A stretch of 64,000 bases of DNA from a virus. Under the pieces are notes generated by a model. That model ran no database searches and was not told the origin of the DNA. It saw only the letters and a list, made by a program, of their open reading frames with translations. The translations under genes were made by a program, and so were the position numbers. The first letter of the stretch is position 1. Each line of letters opens with the position of its first letter. Below are positions 55,713 through 64,000 of the stretch, one piece after another. The stretch spans positions 32,001 through 96,000 of IMG/VR virus record IMGVR_UViG_3300010938_000004, one strand, 5' to 3'.

Positions 55713-56287
55713 TGTCAGAAGAGGTAAAAAAGTTTGCTGCAGAGGAAGCAGAGCAAGACGCTGTCGTGACGGTGACGCAGCGATCTCTCGGCGGGGATAA
55801 CGCGTTTATTATCCCTCAGTCCGTTCCCGCACCAGCGTTCCCCGCCGAGGTGCAGCAACTCATGCAGTATAGCTCGTTGATCGAGGAGCTTACTACGATC
55901 AACACGATCTCTGGCCCAATGTACATGTACCTTTTCCTTCAGGCCTGTGAGGAAACTGCAGCAATTCGCGCCGCGGTGGCTATAAAGTATGAGAAATGCC
56001 GTGACCTAGCCAAGAAGGCCCATGCAGCTGCTCAGTTGGACAAGGCCCCCGCGCTGTTGGAGAAGATCGGCCGAAAGGTGTCAGAGGCTGCGTGCGAGAA
56101 GGTGGCGGATTCGGATGCTGATTATCTTCGCGCCCGCGAGGCTGAGAGTTACTATAAGGCCCTGTTGACCTATCTCGACTCCAAGCTTTCTTCGTTCGAG
56201 AAGGCGCACGATGACGCCAAGAAGATTTTCGATAAGGCACCCTCTGGTGCCGGCCAGTCATCTGGCGCGCCTAGCAATGATAAGTGA
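55712..56287 (+). CDS. Putative UvsY-like recombination mediator
   Basis: Helical, SEA..ADSDADY; between SSB and RecA. Confidence 0.5.
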   Translation: MSEEVKKFAAEEAEQDAVVTVTQRSLGGDNAFIIPQSVPAPAFPAEVQQLMQYSSLIEELTTINTISGPMYMYLFLQACEETAAIRAAVAIKYEKCRDLAKKAHAAAQLDKAPALLEKIGRKVSEAACEKVADSDADYLRAREAESYYKALLTYLDSKLSSFEKAHDDAKKIFDKAPSGAGQSSGAPSNDK

Positions 56288-56400
56288 TACATCGCTAAGT
56301 GATACATCGCTAAGTGATACATCGCTAAGTGATACATCGCTAAGTGATACATCGCTAAGTGATACATCGCTAAGTGATACATCGCTAAGTGATACATCGC
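56281..56400 (+). repeat. Perfect tandem repeat 8x TAAGTGATACATCGC
   Basis: Direct reading, no mismatches, no spacers. Confidence 0.97.
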
Positions 56401-56425
56401 CAAATCGGCGATGGGGAGTAAAGTA

Positions 56426-57529
56426 ATGGCCACTGACTGGATTGCGAAGATGTCTCGCGGCGAGCACAACATCTCGGGGGAGAAGGTGCTGCCGAAGGTT
56501 CGAGTGCCTACCCTTAGCCCTTCCCTTAACTGGGCCCTGGGCGGCGGCCTGTATAAGGGCTACAGTCTGTGCCTGTATGGACCAGAGGGATCTGGCAAAT
56601 CGCTCATCGCATTGATGGGCTGTGGGTCGATCCAGGCCATGGACCCGGAAGCCTTGGTCGCTTATATCACCACCGAGATGCGCCCGGTTACTCCAGAACG
56701 CGCCAGGAATCTGGGGGTAGACCCGGCGCGTACGCTGTTTCGACAGGCCAACACCACTAAGGATGTGTTTGACTGGATCGTCTCCAAGGACGAGAGGTTC
56801 GTGAACAGCGACGGCACCACTGATGGCCCAGGTCTTCAGTTTGCCCTTGCGGAAGGTGCGCCCTACAGAGCTATCGTCATCGACTCTATCAAGGGCATCC
56901 AGGCTCCTAAGGAGCAAGTGAAAGAGACCGTCGAGGCCTACACCATAGGCGACTTGAGTCGCGTGTTGAACCCGGCATTCCGCAGTCTTACGCCCGTGAT
57001 CCGCAAGTATGATCTGATGCACATTGGCGTTCAGCAGGTGAACCAGAACATGGACGCTGACGAGGTGAAGTACCAGAACAAGAAGTATACGGTGCCCAGC
57101 GGGCAGGCGTTGCGTCATTTCTACGAGACTATGGCTCTGGTGGAGCGTGTTACCTCCAAAGATAGCAAGTCATTCGATCCTGAGATGGCGATGATTAACG
57201 ACAAGCAGCTTCAGACCGGACATACGATTCGCGTGCGCGTCGAGAAGGCCAATCTGGACAAGCCATTTCGGGACGCAGAGTTCAAGATCGATTACGACAA
57301 GGGCGTCGTGGATATTGGCATCGAGGTGGCAATGCTGGCTGCGTCCTTGAACGTGCTGAAGCATCCGCTCAATCCCGAGGGCAAGCCGATCATGACCCAG
57401 TGGGTATTTGATCCCGAGGATAAGTCGGTAGCCCCGAAGAAGTGGATCGGGTTCCAGAGGGCCTCGGACGAGATCTCGGAGAACCTTGACTTGCAGATGG
57501 CCCTTTTGAGAGCATGCAATAAGATATGA
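56426..57529 (+). CDS. recA: RecA/UvsX recombinase
   Basis: LNWALGGG, YGPEGSGKS, IVIDSI, SGQAL; SD GGGAG. Confidence 0.9.
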   Translation: MATDWIAKMSRGEHNISGEKVLPKVRVPTLSPSLNWALGGGLYKGYSLCLYGPEGSGKSLIALMGCGSIQAMDPEALVAYITTEMRPVTPERARNLGVDPARTLFRQANTTKDVFDWIVSKDERFVNSDGTTDGPGLQFALAEGAPYRAIVIDSIKGIQAPKEQVKETVEAYTIGDLSRVLNPAFRSLTPVIRKYDLMHIGVQQVNQNMDADEVKYQNKKYTVPSGQALRHFYETMALVERVTSKDSKSFDPEMAMINDKQLQTGHTIRVRVEKANLDKPFRDAEFKIDYDKGVVDIGIEVAMLAASLNVLKHPLNPEGKPIMTQWVFDPEDKSVAPKKWIGFQRASDEISENLDLQMALLRACNKI

Positions 57530-58542
57530 AGTATATCCTCGTAGGAGACTTGCATACCAAGCTTTCAAGGCTGTCCGAGTACGACGCCTTCTGGAACGAG
57601 TTGGAAGAGCTAGTGCGCAATGAGCGCCCCGATTTCGTGGTGTTCATGGGCGACTTGTTCGACACCTTCTCGGTGCTTCGTGTCGAGGTTCTCGACTATC
57701 TGATCGGTAAATTCAACGCGCTTAGGGGGCGGCTGTCGCAGCATCGGGTGGTTGCTCTGGTGGGTAATCACGATATGGCAGGAGCGGACAGCGGGCCCCA
57801 TGCGCTTTGTGCTTTCGCCGATTTGATAACGGTAATAGATGCGCCGAGAGCGATCTCCTATAGCTTCGTAGATAAGAACCAGATACCAGTGTACGGTTTC
57901 CCATTCATGAGAGACGGCCGCAGGTTTGAGGAGGAGGCCAAGAAGCTTCCTCCGGGGGTCATTTTGATGGCCCATCAGTCAGCTGAGGGCGCGGTCTTTC
58001 CATCCGGTGCGGTGGACAAAGAGGCCGTACCTTTGTCGTGCATCGACCACCTCTTTGGAGTATTCAGCGGCCATATCCATGAATCCCAAGCGCTGACGTC
58101 CCCACTAGGCAAGAAGTTCGTCTACGTTGGCACTCCGTACCACAGTTGCTTCGACGACTCTGGCAAGGTCAAGGGTGTATCTATCCTGGACACTACCACC
58201 AAGAGAGTCACCTTCCATGAGATCAAGAGCATGCCGAAGTTCATCGAGGTCTCATTCAGGGAGACTTTTCCCGCGGTCGCCAAAGGGGACCACTGTAAGA
58301 TAGTTGGGCAGGGAACTCCGCAAGAGCTGAGAGACTTCTGGGCCTCGGACTATGTGAAGCATCTTCGGCAGCTTGCGGCTCGGATCGTGGATGCCACTAC
58401 CGTTATTAGGCAGTGTGATGCTACGATTATCTCGAAGACGAACGAGTCACAGGAGAACAAGGTCGATGTTTTTGTCAGCCTCAGGAAGTGGCGCACCCAG
58501 CCTGAACTCGTCGCCAGAGAAGCCCGAAGACTTCTTTCGTAG
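57526..58542 (+). CDS. Mre11/SbcD (gp47-like) nuclease
   Basis: GDLH, GDLFD, GNHD, MAHQ, SGHIH, YVGTP. Confidence 0.88.
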   Translation: MKYILVGDLHTKLSRLSEYDAFWNELEELVRNERPDFVVFMGDLFDTFSVLRVEVLDYLIGKFNALRGRLSQHRVVALVGNHDMAGADSGPHALCAFADLITVIDAPRAISYSFVDKNQIPVYGFPFMRDGRRFEEEAKKLPPGVILMAHQSAEGAVFPSGAVDKEAVPLSCIDHLFGVFSGHIHESQALTSPLGKKFVYVGTPYHSCFDDSGKVKGVSILDTTTKRVTFHEIKSMPKFIEVSFRETFPAVAKGDHCKIVGQGTPQELRDFWASDYVKHLRQLAARIVDATTVIRQCDATIISKTNESQENKVDVFVSLRKWRTQPELVAREARRLLS

Positions 58543-58558
58543 GCGTGTTTTTGAGGAG

Positions 58559-59026
58559 ATGTTTCTCCTTGAGATGGGTTTCATGCCTACCGTCACCATG
58601 GACGCGATCTTCGCGTTCATCATTGCTCAGGGTATCCGACCGGAGAAAATCCGAGTGCTGTACGATCCAGACCAGGCGGGGGGCGGAGCCAGGCCGGCCA
58701 TTCATATGGTGTTCTCAACTAGATGGCCCTGGCTGTACAGAATGGGGCTGAAGGGAAGAGACTCATCTTCATTGCTTGGTAAGCTATTGTATATGTTTGC
58801 CTATCTAGTAGGAACTCCATTCCTGGTAGGGCAGCTGGTAGAGTCCTATGCTCGTAGTCTTTTGCCAGGTAGGTACAGTGTCTCAGTCTGGGTCAACGAA
58901 CGCGGTGGAGCAGAGCAGGTACTCGAAAGAATCGCTCCTGAGCCTCGGCCTGTCCGAAAAGGAGGCGAACCTGCTGATGGGGTGGATAGCCAAGGGCAAG
59001 CCGGGAGTGGCCCAGTCCAGGGCTGA
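58559..59026 (+). CDS. Hypothetical protein
   Basis: Fills gap; start uncertain, tail overlaps next gene. Confidence 0.5.
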   Translation: MFLLEMGFMPTVTMDAIFAFIIAQGIRPEKIRVLYDPDQAGGGARPAIHMVFSTRWPWLYRMGLKGRDSSSLLGKLLYMFAYLVGTPFLVGQLVESYARSLLPGRYSVSVWVNERGGAEQVLERIAPEPRPVRKGGEPADGVDSQGQAGSGPVQG

Positions 59027-59573
59027 CGATCTGTTTCACCTCTACCTGTTGGGCTACTCGTGCCAGGACATCCACGATGAGTTTCCTGCGTATGATCTGC
59101 CATTGCTCCTCTACGCGCGGGTCCAACATTCATGGGATGAACGACGCAGAGACTATAAAAAGCGACTGTCGGCCTCAGTTCTAGAAGATGCGTCTGCTAC
59201 AGCATTCTCTACCGTCAAGACGATTATGGAGTTGGTGCACGCGTCTAGTGTGCAGATGCGTCGGGACCTGATGAGGTATTTGGAAAACCCAGAGAAGAAC
59301 AAGCCGCCCGAGTTCTTGCCCAGGTCTCCGCGGGAGCTTGGTAACCTGGTTAGTCTGTTGAAAGAACTGACCGCTGTGCCTCAGCCGGGGCAGGCGTCGG
59401 GGATGTGGTTGAACGTCAATATCAATAATCCTCAAGCGCCCGCACAGACCTCGGCGGCGCCTGGAGTGGCTTCCACCGTTTCTCCGCTTCAGTCAGTGAA
59501 CGCGAGAGATGTAAAGGCTTCCCTTCTGAGAGACGCAGCCACTATTGAGGCCAGCGGTGGAAAAAAGCAATAA
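58905..59573 (+). CDS. Putative terminase small subunit
   Basis: HTH-like segment, helices, NVNINN strand; directly upstream of TerL; start uncertain. Confidence 0.5.
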   Translation: MEQSRYSKESLLSLGLSEKEANLLMGWIAKGKPGVAQSRADDLFHLYLLGYSCQDIHDEFPAYDLPLLLYARVQHSWDERRRDYKKRLSASVLEDASATAFSTVKTIMELVHASSVQMRRDLMRYLENPEKNKPPEFLPRSPRELGNLVSLLKELTAVPQPGQASGMWLNVNINNPQAPAQTSAAPGVASTVSPLQSVNARDVKASLLRDAATIEASGGKKQ

Positions 59574-61566
59574 CCAGGGTGAGCTGATCGTAGACGCTGT
59601 GCCTCAGGGGGTGAGCCTGTCCTCATCCCCTCCTCCAGAGTTTGACGATCAGGTAAAGCTCATGACTCCTTGTGTGGACAAGGAACACCTGAGCGCATGG
59701 TTCGTGAAGTTCCTGGGGCTTAGGTTTCCTGATTGCATCGTGTCAGAGCATTCGACCAGCAGTCCCATGGACTTTGCATGGGCTGTGTATGACGCAGCCA
59801 TGTCTGGTCGTGCGATAATCTTGATTGCGGTCGCTGGAAGAGAGTCGTTTAAAACGCTCGTCCTTTCTGCCGTGGAATTGGCGATTATGCTCCACGACAA
59901 GCGCAGCGTGGTCCATATTGGCATGACCGGCAAGCAGGCCTCTCGCGCCAAGGATTATCTGAATAAGGAGGTGAGAAACATTCCCCTTGTGTTGGGTGCC
60001 ATCTCTGCTCAGAACGCCACTGAGACTAAGTTCTTGATTGATTCTTCAGAGATAAGCTTTGAGATCATCTCCTGTACTCCCAAGGCAGTGCAGGGGCCTC
60101 ATGGTAGCTTGGTCAGCTTCGACGAGATAGCTTCTTCGATAGAGCCCCAGAACGTGAAGGCGTACAAGGACACTTCCGGCATCCCAGGCCCATCAAGGGA
60201 CGGAAAGCCCCCGGTGATTGTCAAGATCAGCTCTCGCCAGGCTGGCTTCTCTCTAATGGAGGTGGAGCTTGACGGAGCCAAGACCGATAAGCTCCGAGAG
60301 GTCCATACCTGGACTATCATCGAGGCGATGAAGAGGTGCCCAGACGAGCGTTCTGGCACTACGCCTGTGGATTTGTGGATCAACACTCTGGGAGGGAAGC
60401 ATGCCAGTGTGGATGAGTTTGCGCTCATGCGCCCAGAGGAGAAAGGTGACTACAGCTTCCACCGGGTTTTTGATGGCTGTCTGAAGTGTCCCCTGTTGCA
60501 TGTGTGCAAGGCACAGAGCAAGCGGCAGAAATCGAACAGTAACCTTCTGATGTCGGTTGACACCGTCTTAATTAAAGCCCGTGGTAACGCCGGCATGGGG
60601 TCGACCAACGATCACGATTGGATCATCTCGCAGCTGATGTCTCTCAAGCCGTCGGCGCAAGGACTCGTTCTGCCTCAGTTCAATAGGAAGATCCATGTAG
60701 GCTCTTGGGAGAAGCTAGCCAAAGTACTCACGGGCCAAGAGCACAAGAACCTGGACCGGGTTGGCTTTGTCAGGATGGCCAGAGCTGCAGGGTGTCAGTT
60801 CCTGGCAGGAGTTGACTTTGGGTGGGCCCATCCAACGGCATGCGTGTACGCGTGTGTAGATCGTCGCGGGAATGTGTACGTACTAGACTCGTTCGCCGCT
60901 GTTCAGATGCAGGATCAGGATTTTGGAATCATGTTGATGAATGGTCCGCATCAGCTGTACCAGCCCGAAACTTATGTCTGTGACTGTGAAGACCCGGCCG
61001 GCATAGCAGAACTTGTATCGGCTGGGCTACCGGCCGTGCCGGTCCTTAAGGACAAGGGCTCCGTGTTCAAGGGCATCACCATCATCAGGAGTCTGCTCAA
61101 GGTGCCAGGCACGAACGACATGACCAAGGTCTACTTCCATGAGGGATTGGACAAGCAGGGCATGGGTTTCCCAGACCTCATCTCCGAGATGGAGAAATGG
61201 AGCTTTAAGCTGGATGCGGCGGGAACGATAGTATCAGAAGAGCCGATCGATGTGAATGACGATCACATATCTGCTTTTAGGTACATGCTCTACCACTTGA
61301 TGTCGGGGATGGTCTTCATTTCCGATGGCGCCTCGGGCAATGTGCCTGGGCAGGCACCTCTGCCCGAGCAGCAAGCGGTAAGAAACGAGATGCTGCAGCA
61401 GGCCGCCATGATGTCTGGCGTGCCCGTGGAGGACAACTTGACCGCCGAGCGATACGAGCCTCAGGCGGGCACTTTTCGTAACCCTATGGAGGAGAAGAAG
61501 CCCAAGAAGCCTGGAGGAGATGGAAGTAGTGGTTCTTCTGGCGGTATCAGCTGGGGCTGGACCTGA
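59557..61566 (+). CDS. terL: Terminase large subunit
   Basis: AGRESFKT, VSFDE, ISS, GVDFGWAHPTA, DDHISAFRY. Confidence 0.88.
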   Translation: MEKSNNQGELIVDAVPQGVSLSSSPPPEFDDQVKLMTPCVDKEHLSAWFVKFLGLRFPDCIVSEHSTSSPMDFAWAVYDAAMSGRAIILIAVAGRESFKTLVLSAVELAIMLHDKRSVVHIGMTGKQASRAKDYLNKEVRNIPLVLGAISAQNATETKFLIDSSEISFEIISCTPKAVQGPHGSLVSFDEIASSIEPQNVKAYKDTSGIPGPSRDGKPPVIVKISSRQAGFSLMEVELDGAKTDKLREVHTWTIIEAMKRCPDERSGTTPVDLWINTLGGKHASVDEFALMRPEEKGDYSFHRVFDGCLKCPLLHVCKAQSKRQKSNSNLLMSVDTVLIKARGNAGMGSTNDHDWIISQLMSLKPSAQGLVLPQFNRKIHVGSWEKLAKVLTGQEHKNLDRVGFVRMARAAGCQFLAGVDFGWAHPTACVYACVDRRGNVYVLDSFAAVQMQDQDFGIMLMNGPHQLYQPETYVCDCEDPAGIAELVSAGLPAVPVLKDKGSVFKGITIIRSLLKVPGTNDMTKVYFHEGLDKQGMGFPDLISEMEKWSFKLDAAGTIVSEEPIDVNDDHISAFRYMLYHLMSGMVFISDGASGNVPGQAPLPEQQAVRNEMLQQAAMMSGVPVEDNLTAERYEPQAGTFRNPMEEKKPKKPGGDGSSGSSGGISWGWT

Positions 61567-61603
61567 GCTGATGGGTGCATGGTAAGATGCCGCTGAGGTT
61601 ATA

Positions 61604-62539
61604 ATGGCGCTTTTGAACGTAAACCTTAATCTTCTTGCATATTTATCCAGCCAACAGAACACCAACCCCTCAAGTCGCCTGTTCGACGTCGTAGTGTCGA
61701 TGAAGGGTTTGGCTACCGACCTTACTAAGACAGAGCCTTTCGCGCTTGCTCCTGGCGAGACCAAGACCGTGATGAGCTTTGCTCGGTCGATCTCCTATAA
61801 CGGGTCCACCTCCTTTTCGATAGCGCCGGTGTCGGGCGGCTCGAAGGTGCGGCTGACCGGCTCTTATGGAGCCCGTACGGCTCGTGCAGACGGCGATGGC
61901 ACTACCCAGTGGGTGGTCTCTCTTTCCGGCACCGTGATGCGCCTCACTTACGGCGGCACCGGCACCTCCCCTACGTTTGGTGGTATGTCAGCTGGTGACG
62001 GGCTTACGATCGAGCAGGATAATACGGCATTCAACTCCGCGAATCGTGGAGACTGGACGATCTCCAAGGTTGGAGCGAACTACGTAGAGGTCCAGAATCC
62101 GCTGGCCGTGGGCGAGACTGTGGTCGGTCAGGTTCAGATCTATTCCAGCGGTCCGGTGCAGGTGGGGGACATACTAGATGTGTCGTCAACGGCGTTCTCC
62201 AAAGTTAACCGCGGCCAGTTCACAATAGAAAGAGTTACGGACTCGTACGTAGAGTTCACTAACGCCCTGGCAGTGAGCGAATCCAGCCTTACTGGGGTCG
62301 CAGCCTCAGGAGTTGCGATCTACTCCGACTTGTTCAAATGGTGCTTTGTCCAGGCGGCGCAGCGAGTGGTGGTTAGGCTCAACGGAGCCTCCGATGATTC
62401 CTGTGAGGTGGAGCCAGTGGCGAATGGTGACATAGAGAATAGTCCCGGTGTGTTCTTGAAGCGTGGCAAGGTGCACACTTTAGTGGTTTACAACCCCACA
62501 GACTCTGAAGTGGAAGGGTTCTGTTTCTTCGCAGAGTAA
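61604..62539 (+). CDS. Putative virion structural protein
   Basis: Ser/Thr/Gly beta-rich; two NRG.(W/F)TI..V repeats also seen in baseplate proteins. Confidence 0.6.
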   Translation: MALLNVNLNLLAYLSSQQNTNPSSRLFDVVVSMKGLATDLTKTEPFALAPGETKTVMSFARSISYNGSTSFSIAPVSGGSKVRLTGSYGARTARADGDGTTQWVVSLSGTVMRLTYGGTGTSPTFGGMSAGDGLTIEQDNTAFNSANRGDWTISKVGANYVEVQNPLAVGETVVGQVQIYSSGPVQVGDILDVSSTAFSKVNRGQFTIERVTDSYVEFTNALAVSESSLTGVAASGVAIYSDLFKWCFVQAAQRVVVRLNGASDDSCEVEPVANGDIENSPGVFLKRGKVHTLVVYNPTDSEVEGFCFFAE

Positions 62540-62542
62540 CAC

Positions 62543-63148
62543 ATGATGTTTCATATCCTCGCCTTGGACCTGTCTACCCACATTGGATGGGCCTACATAG
62601 CGCAGGGAAGGCTTGTGTCGAGTGGGGAATTACACGTTCCCAGCCCCAAGACCGACAAGAAGAATCCGCAGAATGATCCTGGATACCCGGAGACCTTCAA
62701 CGCGTGCGCCCTTCATGCCGCTAGCCTGATCGAGGGCTTGTTAGAGAAACTACCGCCTCTGACGAATGTTGTGATCGAGAACACCGTTTCGGGGAGTAAA
62801 AGTCGGCACGACCAGCGCATCCTTGAGTGGATACACTTGAGAGTCTTTGAGGTGGTCAAGCAGAAAGTGGGCTTGGACAGGGTCAAGTATATGGACCCAT
62901 CCGAGTGGCGGTCTGCCATCGCTATGCGTATGACTAAGGAAGATAAGAAGAAGAATCAAGACGTAAAGGCCGGCAAGGCTAAGGGTAAGATTACCAGCAA
63001 GCATCTGTCGGTGCGCTACGCGAACGAGAATTTTGGCCTGAAGTTGCTTCAGAAGGAGAATAACCAGGCAGATGCTATTTGTCTCGGGATGGGTTTTTGG
63101 GAGAAGAATCGGCACATACACCATATCCTTCGTGAGGTGTCGTCGTGA
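62543..63148 (+). CDS. RuvC-like Holliday junction resolvase
   Basis: ILALDLST..GWA, VVIE, PSEWR, NQADAIC. Confidence 0.8.
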   Translation: MMFHILALDLSTHIGWAYIAQGRLVSSGELHVPSPKTDKKNPQNDPGYPETFNACALHAASLIEGLLEKLPPLTNVVIENTVSGSKSRHDQRILEWIHLRVFEVVKQKVGLDRVKYMDPSEWRSAIAMRMTKEDKKKNQDVKAGKAKGKITSKHLSVRYANENFGLKLLQKENNQADAICLGMGFWEKNRHIHHILREVSS

Positions 63149-64000
63149 GCTTCTTGGATAGCATCAAGGATTGGGTGCAGTCCACCGTCGACCGACGGAT
63201 TGCTGAAAATAACCAGGCGGTGTTGGATCTAAACAAGAAGGCCGCTGGCGGATCTGCAGACAATCAGCCTCAGAAGGGGTTTATCTACGATCCGTTCATG
63301 AACAACGAGATGGTAACGGGGCCGGTTAGGCTGAAGCCTACGTACCTGTCCACCAACCTTTTGAAGATCGCATCTCGACGAGATGCGATTGTGGGCAGCA
63401 TTATCCATACTAGGGCGTCCGAGGCTGCTGCAGAAGCCAAGCGTCAGCAGAACAAGTATGACAACGGGTGGAACATTGTTCCGCGGTCTGACAATATCCA
63501 GGCAAAGCCAGAAGAGATCGCTTTGATTGCGGAGTTCATTCAGAACTGCGGAGAGACCAAGTCCCTTGTCAAGCAGGCGGGTGAACAAAAACTGACATTT
63601 GACCAGTTTGTGTACATGTCGGCCGTTGACATGCAGCGATATGGCCACATGGCTGTCGAGCGACTCTACAAGATGAACAAGCGCCTCCGTGCGTTTAGGC
63701 CGCTTGCTGGAGAGTCTATCTACCACGCGAAACCTGACTCTGAGTACTCTAGTACTCAGCTTGAGAACGACGTGTCGCAAAATGCGGCCGTGTATGGTCA
63801 CCTTGGCTGGAGCTTTAAGGACCCGGCGAAGTCTATCTTCAAGGGGCCGGTTAAGTATGTGCAGCAGATCCAGAACAAGACAACGGCTGTCTTTCGCGAG
63901 GAAGAGTGCTTGTTCTGGCGTCTCACTGTTGAGACAGATCTAGACCTTCAGGGGTACGCGATAGGGCCGCTAGAGAGAGCCATTGAGGCCGTATCGAACC
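63145..64000 (+). CDS. Portal protein, 3'-truncated (absent from ORF track)
   Basis: GTG overlaps resolvase stop; open to window end; IIHTR, TFDQF, KYVQ, GYAIGPLE portal-like motifs. Confidence 0.8.
   Translation, partial: MSFLDSIKDWVQSTVDRRIAENNQAVLDLNKKAAGGSADNQPQKGFIYDPFMNNEMVTGPVRLKPTYLSTNLLKIASRRDAIVGSIIHTRASEAAAEAKRQQNKYDNGWNIVPRSDNIQAKPEEIALIAEFIQNCGETKSLVKQAGEQKLTFDQFVYMSAVDMQRYGHMAVERLYKMNKRLRAFRPLAGESIYHAKPDSEYSSTQLENDVSQNAAVYGHLGWSFKDPAKSIFKGPVKYVQQIQNKTTAVFREEECLFWRLTVETDLDLQGYAIGPLERAIEAVSN

Noticed and set aside
56281-56400. CRISPR or mini-CRISPR array
   Set aside because: 15-bp units are contiguous with no spacers; no cas genes seen
2577-63801. Long antisense/alternate-frame ORFs (e.g. 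2577-3398, 9641-10660, 44399-45196, 56258-57118, 63229-63801)
   Set aside because: They shadow well-supported genes on the other strand and have no recognisable motifs
1-64000. tRNA/rRNA genes, integrase, transposase
   Set aside because: No cloverleaf with T-loop consensus in the short intergenic gaps and no recombinase/transposase motifs recognised; tRNAscan-SE would be decisive

Overview
A 64-kb segment of a large tailed dsDNA phage with a contractile (myovirus-type) tail, densely coding under the standard genetic code. Left to right: a leftward MoxR/RavA-like AAA + vWA module and a ClpX; a tail/baseplate module (three tube-like paralogues, chaperones, tape measure, hub, spike, giant wedge, three fibre genes, holin) interrupted by a frameshifted phosphatase and a tandem-CarD protein; a leftward helicase cluster; a replication-initiator-like gene containing a probable origin; GroEL; primase, UDG-like protein, exonuclease, intein-bearing DnaE, SSB, UvsY-like, RecA and Mre11-like genes; terminase, RuvC-like resolvase and the start of the portal. 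I recognised no sheath, capsid, endolysin, DnaB, SbcC, tRNA or CRISPR array. Main leads: (1) a 608-aa protein with two CarD/CdnL domains separated by [LV]-x-K-S motifs that resemble prohead-protease sites, possibly a virion-packaged RNA-polymerase-modulating polyprotein; (2) a perfect 8x15-bp array forming an open mini-ORF that links uvsY-like to recA; (3) an origin with head-to-head iterons plus AGATCT boxes; (4) a shared TTGAC-N7-GTCA(A) palindrome on sigma70-type promoters, and several apparently leaderless genes; (5) two fibre genes with an identical 199-bp 5' end. All calls come from motif recognition by eye; no searches were run.
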